Positions 39,672 through 49,843 of a stretch of DNA of 64,000 nt are shown piece after piece. The DNA is from Candidatus Bathyarchaeota archaeon (lineage in GTDB: Archaea > Thermoproteota > Bathyarchaeia > Bathyarchaeales > Bathycorpusculaceae). The stretch's first letter is position 1. The number at the start of each line of letters is the position of its first letter. Where the stretch lies: assembly GCA_963828195.1 (NCBI GenBank), contig CAWHDT010000001.1, positions 1 through 64,000 of the forward strand. The letters run 5' to 3'. A program made the translations under genes and the position numbers. The notes under the pieces were generated by a model. That model saw nothing but the letters and a program-made list of their open reading frames with translations. It had not been told where the DNA came from and made no database searches.

Positions 39672-39953
39672 ATGGGTATGGGAAAGGAAGCGAAAAAGGT
39701 TCCTAACAGCCGCATTAAAATTTTAACTAAAGACGCGAAGCAAATGGTGAATGGACCTTACTATTGCCCAAAATGCCGAAAGGAACTATTGCAGATTTTG
39801 GCGAATGTACACAAAAAAGAAGTTTACGCCGTTTGCAAATGCGGTCTCGAGTGGCAGTTGACATATGCACCTGTTTTCCAGCCGATAGATTACTATAACA
39901 AGTTTAGGGATTGCTGGAAGAAGCAGAGCTACGGCATAATCAAACAAAAATAA
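39672..39953 (+). CDS. Elf1-like zinc-ribbon protein (divergent)
   Basis: Basic N-terminus, YYCPKC...VCKCG...QPIDYYNKFRD. Confidence 0.55.
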   Translation: MGMGKEAKKVPNSRIKILTKDAKQMVNGPYYCPKCRKELLQILANVHKKEVYAVCKCGLEWQLTYAPVFQPIDYYNKFRDCWKKQSYGIIKQK

Positions 39954-40069
39954 GGACTAAAATTTACAAATTCATTTTTAGCTCTACCCAATTACTGTAA
40001 TTTAAGCAAAAACTTTTACCACACATGTTATCTATAAGATGAAATCACCTGGCAATAGAAGGAGAAAAA

Positions 40070-40528
40070 GTGACCGAAGAAAAACTTGAATTCACACGCC
40101 GTCTACTTATTTTGGGAAATCTGGCGCTTCTCGCATGGGTTTTTCTAGCTTTTTTCAGCGTCCTTTTTTACAACCAGATCGAGGGGTGGGGCTACCTACT
40201 TTTAGAAGTCGTTGTCATCTATCTTATTCTGCGTCGGCTCGGATGCAGTAGCTGTTACAATTGCAAAACTTGTACAAGCGGCTTTGGAAGACTTGTAGGC
40301 GCATTTTTTGGAAAAGGCTTCGTCAAGAAAGCAAGCGTTGGAAACAAGTGGGGAATAATAGGTTTTACTTATTTTCTTCTCTTTCCTCTTCCATTAGTAA
40401 TTTTACTTTACACTTTTTCGCAGTCGTTTTCGCTCTTAAAGGTGTTAGTGCTTCTTTGCCTTTTAGCCGTGTCTATTTACAGTCTGACGACGTGGTACAC
40501 CCGTTCAACAGTTCCTAAAAAGGTGTAA
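40070..40528 (+). CDS. Hypothetical membrane protein with a Cys cluster
   Basis: About four TM segments; CSSCYNCKTC loop. Confidence 0.65.
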   Translation: MTEEKLEFTRRLLILGNLALLAWVFLAFFSVLFYNQIEGWGYLLLEVVVIYLILRRLGCSSCYNCKTCTSGFGRLVGAFFGKGFVKKASVGNKWGIIGFTYFLLFPLPLVILLYTFSQSFSLLKVLVLLCLLAVSIYSLTTWYTRSTVPKKV

Positions 40529-40585
40529 TTTGGGGGAACTTTTAAACGGTTGAATGATTCATGTAACGACTCTGAAGATGTGTGA

Positions 40586-41722
40586 ATGCGCAAGCCGCCG
40601 CTTAACCGTAAGCCAGTCAAGCTGCTGATTATCTTTACATTAGCGGTTATAGTTTCTTTACCGATTTTTCTGCCCTTCGGGGTGGTGGCTGCTCAAAGCT
40701 CAGCCCAAAATCAGTATTACAACACAGAATTTGCATGGGATTACGGAGGAAACCATTGGGATTGGAACCTGAGCATTCCAATGACGCTCTATGATTCTTT
40801 CGACTCGACGGCAGTTCCCGATTCAGTTCGAACACCGTATGGGCTTGCAGACTTTGGCTTTTTCACTACAACTCAAGATGCCTACATGATTACTCTTGCC
40901 GACAAACTTAATGAAAGCGCAGCGCAGAATGGATATGGCTCATACGATGAAGTAAACTTTATTTTAGCATTCGTGCAAAGCATACCCTACAAAACAGACA
41001 ATGTGAGCACAGGTTACCAGGACTACCCGAGGTTCCCCGTTGAAACTTTGGTGGATAATGTTGGAGACTGCAAATCTCACTCCGTACTTTTTGCCACGTT
41101 AATGCTTATTTTGGGTTATGGCACCGTTTTCATCAACCCGCCAGATCATTTAGCGGTTGGCATACTGGGAAGTAACCTTCAAGGAACATATTGGACTTAC
41201 AATAACGGATCTTACTATTACTGCGAAACTACCGGTCCGGGGTTTACAATTGGTGTACTTCCCGAACAATTCAATGGCGTAACTGCCAATGTCTACCCGA
41301 TAGACACCAATGAACAATACGTTCCAAATTTGCAGACAACTTCAACCGAGCCCAACCCATTTATTGTTCCTTACCAATCTACGCCAACTCCGACTTCGGA
41401 ACCGAACCCGTCGGCTTCTTCGCCTAACATCTCTGAACCCACAATTCAACCAGTCATGCCGATGTCACTTAATTTAATTTCTGAGGACCCATTTTTCTTC
41501 ACCGTAATTATTATTGCAATAGTAATTTCGATAACGGTCACCATTAAGACAGCAGGCAAATCCAAGCAAAGGTCTCCTCTCAATGAAACAGTTTCAACTG
41601 GGTCAAGCAGCCCCAATGGGGCAATTGTCAACTCAGAAAACGGCAAGTTCTGCATCTATTGTGGCTCAAGTAACAAATCGATTGCGGTATACTGCGAAAA
41701 ATGCGGTAAAAAAATAGCTTAA
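40586..41722 (+). CDS. Membrane-anchored transglutaminase-like protein with C-terminal zinc ribbon
   Basis: Signal peptide; FVQSIPY, YPRFPVETL, GDC, H.AVG, YCETT; TM; CIYC..CEKC. Confidence 0.78.
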   Translation: MRKPPLNRKPVKLLIIFTLAVIVSLPIFLPFGVVAAQSSAQNQYYNTEFAWDYGGNHWDWNLSIPMTLYDSFDSTAVPDSVRTPYGLADFGFFTTTQDAYMITLADKLNESAAQNGYGSYDEVNFILAFVQSIPYKTDNVSTGYQDYPRFPVETLVDNVGDCKSHSVLFATLMLILGYGTVFINPPDHLAVGILGSNLQGTYWTYNNGSYYYCETTGPGFTIGVLPEQFNGVTANVYPIDTNEQYVPNLQTTSTEPNPFIVPYQSTPTPTSEPNPSASSPNISEPTIQPVMPMSLNLISEDPFFFTVIIIAIVISITVTIKTAGKSKQRSPLNETVSTGSSSPNGAIVNSENGKFCIYCGSSNKSIAVYCEKCGKKIA

Positions 41723-41750
41723 GCCGCAATCCTACCTTTCTTAATGCGTT

Positions 41751-42302
41751 TCAAGTTTCATGTCTCAACAGCGAATTGAGAGTTTCATCCGCAAATCTGT
41801 CTAGTTTAGCCTTCACATAAGCGACGATTCCGACTTCTAAAAGTATAGCAGCTGAAAGGAAGATGGCAAGAGATTTTGTTAGAGTCACAAAAGCGTGTCC
41901 TATTTGAAAATTCACGCCTCCATTAACTGTTATTAGCCAGCTCCAGAAATTAGGATTCTGATTAACCATAAACGCTTCTAAATCAAACGTTATCCATAGA
42001 CATAAACTGACCAACAAGGCAGCTAAGGCGCAGCCGACGACTGTTAGGTTTTTCCAGTCCGAAGTCAACTGGGAAGAGCAGGTTACTTGTGTTTCAGAAT
42101 CAACCCTCTCAAAATCGATGGTGATTGTTTTTTTGGCTGTTCTTGGCGACGCCCCCCATAGCGAGCCCTGTTTAACCAAAATTTGCTTAGGCGGATCTTC
42201 TGAGATTATTTTGCAGCCTTTTGCTGCGAACGCAGCTTTCACATCTGAATAGGCTTTATCGATTCTTAAATTGACAGTTCGTTTGAGCAACGGAGGCACC
42301 AT
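41751..42302 (-). CDS. Hypothetical membrane protein
   Basis: Soluble N-terminal region and two TM helices. Confidence 0.6.
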   Translation of the reverse strand: MVPPLLKRTVNLRIDKAYSDVKAAFAAKGCKIISEDPPKQILVKQGSLWGASPRTAKKTITIDFERVDSETQVTCSSQLTSDWKNLTVVGCALAALLVSLCLWITFDLEAFMVNQNPNFWSWLITVNGGVNFQIGHAFVTLTKSLAIFLSAAILLEVGIVAYVKAKLDRFADETLNSLLRHET

Positions 42303-42345
42303 TTAGATTGAGCAGTTATGCAGCTGTTTACCTAAAAAGCTTCTT

Positions 42346-42966
42346 CTAATGCCTCGCCCTAGCTTTAAAACCTTTAATGTGCCTGCGCTCTAAGGCTCGG
42401 TTTCGCTCCATGTTTTTTATGCGGGCATAAAGCTTTGACACCTTGGTTTTAGAGGGCACCTTAGACCGCGGCTTATGAACAGGCACAGGAGTGAACGGTT
42501 TATTAATTTCAAGTTTGCGTCTTCTAGATTTTTTGACTGCAACATTACGGACTTTCTTGAATATCACGTAGCCCTCTTTGAGGTTTAGTTCCTGCACTTC
42601 CCAACCCGCATTTAGCCAAGCCTTTGCATGAGCGCTTGATGTTGAGTTACTCCACCAAGCATCATCTCTGAAAGCGTTCATAGGAAGGTTACTGCCGATT
42701 AAGCCGTCTATTCTTGCAAAGGAAAGTTTCACCAAATCTGTGAAAGCAGCTCTAAACTTCAAATGGCTTTCAAGCCCATCATACTTGGAGGCTGAACGCG
42801 GCGAAACCACTCGCCTAGCACAATGGAGGCACAACATGGCATTCGGGTCCCCAGTGGCAACATCAGGCACCATGCAGTCTCTGCAAAACAGTTTTTTACA
42901 ACGTTCGCACTTTCGCATGTAAGCTACGCGCAGAACTCTTCCACAGATCCCGCATTCATCTTTCAA
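42346..42966 (-). CDS. Zinc-finger + DUF7662-like domain + basic tail protein
   Basis: CGIC..CERC..CRDC..CLHC; KY..L..HL, LSF..I..LIG..LP..A....WWSN, AWLNAGW. Confidence 0.65.
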   Translation of the reverse strand: MKDECGICGRVLRVAYMRKCERCKKLFCRDCMVPDVATGDPNAMLCLHCARRVVSPRSASKYDGLESHLKFRAAFTDLVKLSFARIDGLIGSNLPMNAFRDDAWWSNSTSSAHAKAWLNAGWEVQELNLKEGYVIFKKVRNVAVKKSRRRKLEINKPFTPVPVHKPRSKVPSKTKVSKLYARIKNMERNRALERRHIKGFKARARH

Positions 42967-43031
42967 CGAATAGTCAACCTTTTACTAAGCGAACTTAAAA
43001 GTCACTAAACATATTCCGCATTTTAGACATA

Positions 43032-44570
43032 TTAATTTTCATTTTCTGAAAAACCGTTTTCGCCCAAATTATTGCCTTTATGGGTTAACTGTCGTAGCGT
43101 GACCTTGATTTCTTCCACTATTAATCTAATCAGGTCTCTCGCTTGGGCATCAATCGTCAGCAGCAAACCCGCATAGATTGCAAAGCCCCCAACGGCTTTT
43201 GCTATTGTAGGAAGCAGTGTTGATGGAGTGGGAAGCAGAAAAAGTACAACGCCCATAAAGATGGAAGCAAGAACATATTTGACTATACTTTTCCAAGCAA
43301 CAGGTAACCTAATTGAACGACGCCAAGACCAGTAAAGCCCAATAAAGGCTGAAAACTGAATGACAGTAAGTATTACGATAATGTCAACTGCCGCTTGGGG
43401 TGTTCCAGCTAGCCGAACATGCGTCAGAACTAAATAGATTAATGGTAAAGCAAATGCTGCCTGAATGTATCCAAGACTGAAAACGCCGAATATTTTGCTT
43501 CCGACAAGTTTACGAAGTGAAATTTTTCCTTCAGCGTCAAACCCTTCTCGGCCCATAATGAGCGAAGAATAAAACGAAATTATCACACCTACAAAAGTAT
43601 TAGCCGTTAATGCAACGAGAACGGGCCAAGCAACACTGTAAGATATATTTAAAACTGATAAGAACGAGATAGACATAACCATAGTTATAGTGGCTAATGG
43701 AATGGCCAACATTAACACTGTTCTTAATGATGTTCGCACCTGATCGTCTGGGCAACATTTAGCCAACAGTTTAGGATACATCGCAAATGCCAAAGAAGAG
43801 GAATAACCCACTATAGTCGTGAAACTTAAAGCTGCTTGATAGTAAGCTCTATCCGTTGCTCCACCATATAGGAAGAGCAAGATAAGTGCGAAAGCAACTA
43901 ACTGTCCGCCAATGGAGCTATAAGCAAATGCTGTTGAACCCTTAAGCCATTCTTTTAGGTAACTCCAGTTTATTTTTTGCTTAAATTCATCAGCTAAAAG
44001 TCGCATATAGTATGAAATTTGAACTAGGACAGAAATAACCAAACTTAGTATTGCGCCGAGAAATAGCTGCCTAAAACCAAGAATCAAAACTAAAGCAACA
44101 ATCACTTTCACTATTTCCTCAATCAAAAAACCATAGCCAATTACATGCGGCTTCATAGCAGTTAAAACGCTTTCAAAAATTGAGATCATGTAAGTGTTCA
44201 AAATGTACAAGCCAGTAATCAAGTAAATTAGCAAGTAAGCTTCGGTACCGATTGCTCTTGAAATCAGAACAATTACAGGAAGATAAATTACGACTGAAAT
44301 AAGAGCTATGAATAACTGCGCTAAAACGCCTGTTTTAACAGTTCCCGCCTTGCCTCTTGCCATAAACCGAGTTGCCCAGAAGGGTAACATGCCACTGAAA
44401 AGCAGAAAGTACCCAGTGTAATCAAAAATGTTTGTCCAAATACCAAATTGGCTTGTGGTCATGTTTCGGGTAAGCAAAAGTGTATAGATAAGCCCCGTAA
44501 TTATGCCTAATACTTGAGACGTAAAAATAATAAATCCGCTGTACTGAAGCCTGATTTCATGTTTGCTCAA
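43032..44570 (-). CDS. Polysaccharide flippase / MOP-superfamily membrane protein
   Basis: About 14 TM helices; LLTR.M....FGIW N-terminal pattern. Confidence 0.7.
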   Translation of the reverse strand: MSKHEIRLQYSGFIIFTSQVLGIITGLIYTLLLTRNMTTSQFGIWTNIFDYTGYFLLFSGMLPFWATRFMARGKAGTVKTGVLAQLFIALISVVIYLPVIVLISRAIGTEAYLLIYLITGLYILNTYMISIFESVLTAMKPHVIGYGFLIEEIVKVIVALVLILGFRQLFLGAILSLVISVLVQISYYMRLLADEFKQKINWSYLKEWLKGSTAFAYSSIGGQLVAFALILLFLYGGATDRAYYQAALSFTTIVGYSSSLAFAMYPKLLAKCCPDDQVRTSLRTVLMLAIPLATITMVMSISFLSVLNISYSVAWPVLVALTANTFVGVIISFYSSLIMGREGFDAEGKISLRKLVGSKIFGVFSLGYIQAAFALPLIYLVLTHVRLAGTPQAAVDIIVILTVIQFSAFIGLYWSWRRSIRLPVAWKSIVKYVLASIFMGVVLFLLPTPSTLLPTIAKAVGGFAIYAGLLLTIDAQARDLIRLIVEEIKVTLRQLTHKGNNLGENGFSENEN

Positions 44571-44692
44571 GTGAGCCTTCCCGCTTTTGACGATTTAGTA
44601 AAAGACCATTATTAAACTTCTAGATATACGATTCCCCAAATCAACCCACAAAAACAAGATTCAACCAAAAAAATAAAAACGAGGAATAAGCT

Positions 44693-46171
44693 CTAGCCTT
44701 TCACCACAGCGAGCGGAACGAGCCGAGCGACTTTAGTGGCAATTCCAACTTTATCGCTGACGTCGGCAACCACATCAACATTCTTATACGCTGGGTCGGC
44801 TTCCTCTGCCAAAACAGAAATGCTTGCTGCACGAACAACAATACCACGTTTCTCCAAAGCCGCTTTTATGTCTCCGCCCCAGTACTGCCGTTTTGCTGCT
44901 GATCGACTCATCATTCTTCCTGCGCCATGAGCTGTTGAACCAAAAGTTAAGTCCATAGCTTTCGGTGAACCCACCAAAACCCACGAGCTTGTGCCCATGC
45001 TCCCTGGAATGAGTACTGGCTGCCCTTCACTTCTGTAATCGACGGGAACATCTTGATGCCCTGCTGGGAAGGCACGTGTTGCTCCCTTGCGATGAACCCA
45101 AACCTTCTTTTCTCCGCCATCAATCTTGTGTGTTTCTACTTTAGCGATATTATGGGTTACGTCATAAACAAGTTTTAAACCGAAGTTTTCGGGAGGCTGC
45201 TGGAAAGCTTGTTGAAAGCTTTGTCTGACCCAATGCATAATTGCGTGGCGATTGCAAAAAGCATAGTTTACGGCGCACGCCATAGCTTGGAAGTAATCAC
45301 TTGCTTCACTGCTATGTCCAGGGGCACATGCCAATTCCCGGTCAGGTAACGTTATCTTGTACTTTTGCACTGCATGCTCCATTACCCTCAGGTAGTCGGA
45401 GCAGACTTGGTGACCATAGCCTCGTGAACCGCAGTGAATCATGACTGTAACTTGGCCTTCTTGCATAATTCCAAAAGCTTTAGCTGTTTTAGGGTTAAAG
45501 ATTTTATCTACTTTTTGGATTTCTAAGAAATGATTCCCCGAACCTAAAGTGCCAATTTGGGTTAATCCCCTGCTTTTAGCTGTCGACGAAACCTTATCAG
45601 GGTCAGCATTAGCCATGCAGCCGTTTTCTTCACAGTGCGAAGCATCTTCAGGCCAACCAAACCCTCGTTTAATAAGCCAGGGCACTCCTTCAACTACCAA
45701 GTGGTCTAGGTCGGCTGATAAAATCGTTAAATCCTTTCGCCGGCTGCCAAGTCCAGAGGGAACATTTCGGAAAATTGTTTCAGCTAAAGCCACAAGTTTA
45801 GGGCGGATCTCTTGTTCCGAAAGCGTTGTTGATAGTAGGCGAACGCCACAATTAATATCGTAGCCTACGCCGCCTGGGCTTATTACGCCTTCATCATAGT
45901 CGGTTGCGGCGACGCCGCCTATTGGAAAACCGTAACCTTCATGCCCGTCGGGCAATGTTATTGCATGCTTATAAATTCCAGGCAATTGTGCTACGTTTGT
46001 GCATTGCCAGAGAGTACGATCAGTCTTCATCTTTTCTAAAAGCGCTTCGTTTGCAAAAACCACGCCTGGAACTCTCATAGCTGACTTGTATTTAGGGATA
46101 CGCCAAGAGTAATCATTTATTTTCTCAAGAGGAACTTCTTCTGGCGCCCCTCGACTTTCACTTTCACCCAA
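44693..46171 (-). CDS. rtcB: RtcB tRNA-splicing ligase
   Basis: PDGHEGYGFPIGG, GYDINCG, GTLGSGNHF, HCGSRG, HNIAK, HRKGAT, PGSMG, HGAGR. Confidence 0.96.
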   Translation of the reverse strand: MGESESRGAPEEVPLEKINDYSWRIPKYKSAMRVPGVVFANEALLEKMKTDRTLWQCTNVAQLPGIYKHAITLPDGHEGYGFPIGGVAATDYDEGVISPGGVGYDINCGVRLLSTTLSEQEIRPKLVALAETIFRNVPSGLGSRRKDLTILSADLDHLVVEGVPWLIKRGFGWPEDASHCEENGCMANADPDKVSSTAKSRGLTQIGTLGSGNHFLEIQKVDKIFNPKTAKAFGIMQEGQVTVMIHCGSRGYGHQVCSDYLRVMEHAVQKYKITLPDRELACAPGHSSEASDYFQAMACAVNYAFCNRHAIMHWVRQSFQQAFQQPPENFGLKLVYDVTHNIAKVETHKIDGGEKKVWVHRKGATRAFPAGHQDVPVDYRSEGQPVLIPGSMGTSSWVLVGSPKAMDLTFGSTAHGAGRMMSRSAAKRQYWGGDIKAALEKRGIVVRAASISVLAEEADPAYKNVDVVADVSDKVGIATKVARLVPLAVVKG

Positions 46172-46215
46172 AACTTTTCACCTTAAAAACAAAGTGGAAA
46201 GATACTATAAAACGT

Positions 46216-47136
46216 TTATGAATCCTCTTTAGCCTGATTTTGCTTCGCATATTCGATAAAACCCTGTACACTGTTTCCAAGAGCGGTCCTTGAGTAAATT
46301 CGATGCGATTTTAGGTAATTTGCCAGTTGATGCATAACCGTATCCTCAGCAATTATTCTTTCTCGCACCTCCTCCAAACTTTGGTTTTTCCTGACACCTT
46401 CCTCCGCGACTTTCGCCCATAAACGAAGCTGGCTCTTGTAATCCTTAAGGCGTTGAACCCCATTCGAGGCTTTTCCGAAGTGGCTGTAATACAAGGCTGT
46501 CGGCTTAAGGCTGATTAATTTATCTAAAGAAGCTAACCCTGCGGCAAGATAGAAGGGAGGCGGCGTTGTAGGCATCACCACATCGAACTCTGGGAAATAA
46601 GTGCCTGCTGCATCCCCAGGGAAAACTCCTCCGTTGAACGATTCGTGAAAGCTAAGGTTGTGTGAAGCATGCCCAGGCGTTTCAATGACCGTTAGTTTTG
46701 CGCCGTCATCCAGGTTAAAGGAGCCTTCTGTGATAGGGATCATTCGTTCTTTTGAAACAGGTTCAGGCTTTCCGAAGATTCCGCTTACATACCCGAGAAC
46801 TTCTTGAGCAGAAAGCCAAAGCTTTTCGGGATTAATCAGATGGGGCATTCCCCGCGGGTGGACAAGGATTTTTGCGTTCGGCAAAAACTTTAGTAACGTG
46901 CCAGCGCCGCCGCCGTGATCTAAATGTACGTGCGTAATAGCAACGTATTCAACATCTTCGAATCTGATGTCGAGTTCCATTAAGCCAGAAACAAGGTTAG
47001 GCACCGAAGAAGTTGGACCGGACTCCACCAGCAAAGTTTTAGGGCCCTTTATTGCGTAGCTGCAGATGAGGTTTTTGAATCCTCCAGTTTCCAAGTCGAT
47101 CTGAAACAGGTTTTTCCCAATTTCTTTTGTATGCAA
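46216..47136 (-). CDS. MBL-fold metallo-hydrolase
   Basis: THVHLDHGGG, TPGHASH, GDAAG, SHFG. Confidence 0.88.
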   Translation of the reverse strand: MHTKEIGKNLFQIDLETGGFKNLICSYAIKGPKTLLVESGPTSSVPNLVSGLMELDIRFEDVEYVAITHVHLDHGGGAGTLLKFLPNAKILVHPRGMPHLINPEKLWLSAQEVLGYVSGIFGKPEPVSKERMIPITEGSFNLDDGAKLTVIETPGHASHNLSFHESFNGGVFPGDAAGTYFPEFDVVMPTTPPPFYLAAGLASLDKLISLKPTALYYSHFGKASNGVQRLKDYKSQLRLWAKVAEEGVRKNQSLEEVRERIIAEDTVMHQLANYLKSHRIYSRTALGNSVQGFIEYAKQNQAKEDS

Positions 47137-47267
47137 AACTTCACCCTTGATTAGGTCTGATAAGTTTTTGTTATGCCATAAACGTTTCCATGAATCTAAA
47201 AAGCAACTAGTAAAACTTAATTATACACCAGTATTCTATGGGAGAGTTAAGAGGTTGCAGATGTAAA

Positions 47268-47921
47268 TTGAAAGCAATTATCTTTGGAGCACCAGGCTCT
47301 GGAAAGGGAACGTATGGTTCAAGGCTACAAGCAAAACTCAATGTTGAAGTAATAGCAACGGGCGATATTTTCCGCGAATTAATGAAAGAAGAGTCTGAAG
47401 TAGGCAGAAAAGTAAGGGGATACGTGGAAAAGGGGCTTCTTGTCCCAGACAATGTTGTTGTAGAAGTATTAAAGCAACGCTTAAGCAAAATTCCAGAAGA
47501 AAAAGGCTTCATTTTGGACGGTTACCCACGAACACTTGATCAAACGAAAATCTTGGAAAACATCACTAAAATTGACGTAATACTGCTGCTGGATGTTCCA
47601 GACTGGATTATTATTGAGCGCTTATCTTCACGTAGAATATGCCGGAACTGCGGAACTGTTTACAACATTCGCTTCTTAAAGCCAAAAATTGAAGGGGTCT
47701 GTGACAAGTGCGGCGGAGCTTTGTATCAGCGATCTGATGATAATCCCGAAGTTATAAAGCAAAGGCTAAATGTTTACCAAGAGCAAACAAAGCCGCTTCT
47801 GGAGTATTTTAAAGCCGAAAAAGTGCCCTTTATCACTTCACACACTACAAGCCTAGAACAATCACCAGAACCCATAGTTGACAAAATGATAGAGGACCTA
47901 AAAAAAATAAAGATAATCTAA
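47268..47921 (+). CDS. adk: Adenylate kinase (bacterial-type, zinc lid)
   Basis: GAPGSGKGT, GDIFR, LDGYPR, CRNC..CDKC lid, RSDD; TTG start. Confidence 0.93.
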   Translation: MKAIIFGAPGSGKGTYGSRLQAKLNVEVIATGDIFRELMKEESEVGRKVRGYVEKGLLVPDNVVVEVLKQRLSKIPEEKGFILDGYPRTLDQTKILENITKIDVILLLDVPDWIIIERLSSRRICRNCGTVYNIRFLKPKIEGVCDKCGGALYQRSDDNPEVIKQRLNVYQEQTKPLLEYFKAEKVPFITSHTTSLEQSPEPIVDKMIEDLKKIKII

Positions 47922-48148
47922 ACGACGACACAAATTTCTCGCCAAACACCGTTTTCTTTTCATATTCTCCTTTGTATCCAAAGCTTTTAGCATGAAGGAA
48001 CACGCAGAAATTAAATTGCCACAGCCATGCCCTGGTTTTGATCCAAAAAACAAACAGCGTTTAGTTTAAAGGAGCAATAAAGCAAAAACAAAACTGAAAA
48101 AGAACTAGCTTTAATGTTTATATAGATTCGGCTAATTATGCTATCGCT

Positions 48149-49207
48149 ATGAGCTCCAAAAAAACTGGTTTCGAGGACTCACTTTTAGCTGAAGTTGTTT
48201 CAACCGGAAAATGCGCAAGCTGTGGAACATGCGTTGTCGTCTGCCCCTTCGGCAGCCTTGAATTTGCCGAGGGTAAACCCAATTTGATAAAAGAATGCAA
48301 GGTCTGCGGCATATGCTCCCAGGCTTGTCCAAGATACAACTGGGCTATGGCGAAAGCTGAGAACTTTGTTTTCGGCAGGGAAAGAAAACCAGAAGAGGAA
48401 TTCGGAGTTTTCCGCAGAATAGCCGCTGCCCAAGCAAAACCTTCAGATATTCTTAAGGCACGTCAGGATGGGGGTGCCGCTACCGCAATGTTGGTTGCTG
48501 CTTTGCAGAGCGGACTAATCGATGGAGCCGTCGTTTCTGGGAAAAGCCGAGAAAAACCATTCCGGCCCATCCCTATTCTTGCAACGTCTGGAGAGAAAAT
48601 TGTTGAGTCGGCTGGAACAAAGTACACTTGCTCCTCGGCGCTTGCTGCTTTGCCCGAAGTAATTAAGCAGAAAAAGAGTCAAGTCGCGTTTGTGGGCACA
48701 CCATGCCAGATTCAAGCTGTCAGAAAAATGCAGATGAACGGTGTGAAGAGGTACAGCGCGCCGATAAAGTATCTAGTTGGGCTTATGTGCTCTGAGTGTT
48801 TTGATTACGAGGGACTCATGGAAACCCACATTAAAGGCAAATTAGGCATCAACCTAAACGACATCACAAAAATGAACATTAAAGGAAAAATGCTTGTAAC
48901 CACGCCGGCGGGAACCACAGCCATTCCCCTTGCAGACATAAAACAGTACGTTAGAAAAAGCTGCAGCGTCTGCGAAGACTTCAGCTCCGAACTCGCCGAC
49001 GTCTCAGTGGGCGGATTGGGGCTTGACGGCTGGACCTTCACAATTATCCGAACAGAAAAAGGCGAAGAACTATTCACAAACGCCGAAAAAACAGGATTCT
49101 TAGAATCAAAACCGCTCGAAGAAGGCGCATTCTCCAAGGGACTGCTGCTTAAGTTATCGAAGAAAAAACACGATACAGTAGCCACTCAGGCCCAGCCAAA
49201 ACAGTAA
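48149..49207 (+). CDS. Coenzyme F420 hydrogenase/dehydrogenase beta-subunit family protein (FrhB/FpoF-like) with N-terminal 2x[4Fe-4S]
   Basis: CASCGTC..VCP, CKVCGIC..ACP, QDGG.AT, GTKY, VGTPCQ, GLMC, C..CEDF..ELADVSVG. Confidence 0.88.
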   Translation: MSSKKTGFEDSLLAEVVSTGKCASCGTCVVVCPFGSLEFAEGKPNLIKECKVCGICSQACPRYNWAMAKAENFVFGRERKPEEEFGVFRRIAAAQAKPSDILKARQDGGAATAMLVAALQSGLIDGAVVSGKSREKPFRPIPILATSGEKIVESAGTKYTCSSALAALPEVIKQKKSQVAFVGTPCQIQAVRKMQMNGVKRYSAPIKYLVGLMCSECFDYEGLMETHIKGKLGINLNDITKMNIKGKMLVTTPAGTTAIPLADIKQYVRKSCSVCEDFSSELADVSVGGLGLDGWTFTIIRTEKGEELFTNAEKTGFLESKPLEEGAFSKGLLLKLSKKKHDTVATQAQPKQ

Positions 49208-49325
49208 ACAACCAAAAGCCAAATCTTCCATATTCTTAACTATTTTTTTACATTTCGGCATATAGATCATCAGGCACATAGTTTATTGGAGAGCGCAGAT
49301 GAAAGAAAAAAATGCGCGTAAGGCT

Positions 49326-49787
49326 TTAAATATCCATGATGAATTCTAAGACAACCAAATCCCTTTCTCTAATGATTACCATTCTATGATAAGTTACAGC
49401 TTTTACGGCGACTTTCTGCGGGTGCTTCTGAGAATCAAATTTTTCACCCCAAATTTTCGCCTTAATTTTGAAGTTTTCATCTGTTTCTGCCCATTTAGTT
49501 ATTTGGAATTTTGAGTAAAGCATATTTTCAGTTTCAAACTTCACCAGCAACGCTTCAAGCCAATTATAAAGCAGCGCGTACTGATCTTCGGCTTCAACCT
49601 CCACGGTTTCCTCTTGTGTTTGGGCTATTTTGTCGGTATCTGTCATGGTTTCAAACATTGAGAGAGCAGCGTTTTCGTATGCTTCCTCCATTGTTTTGCC
49701 ATGAGCCCGGACGTAAACATCCGCGGTATGTTCTAAAAACTCGAATTTTCCAGCAAATTTATCAGCAGAGTCCATTTTGAGCCTCAA
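49326..49787 (-). CDS. Archease
   Basis: FEFLEHTAD, VKAVTYH, terminal MDI. Confidence 0.93.
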   Translation of the reverse strand: MRLKMDSADKFAGKFEFLEHTADVYVRAHGKTMEEAYENAALSMFETMTDTDKIAQTQEETVEVEAEDQYALLYNWLEALLVKFETENMLYSKFQITKWAETDENFKIKAKIWGEKFDSQKHPQKVAVKAVTYHRMVIIRERDLVVLEFIMDI

Positions 49788-49843
49788 TAGTTAAATGATG
49801 GTGAACAGTTAAAACGCTTTTGCTGGTAATGGCTACCAAAAAA

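Noticed and set aside
44693-49787. RtcB + archease as a novel RNA repair system
   Set aside because: Well-known archaeal tRNA ligase pair; the intervening genes look unrelated
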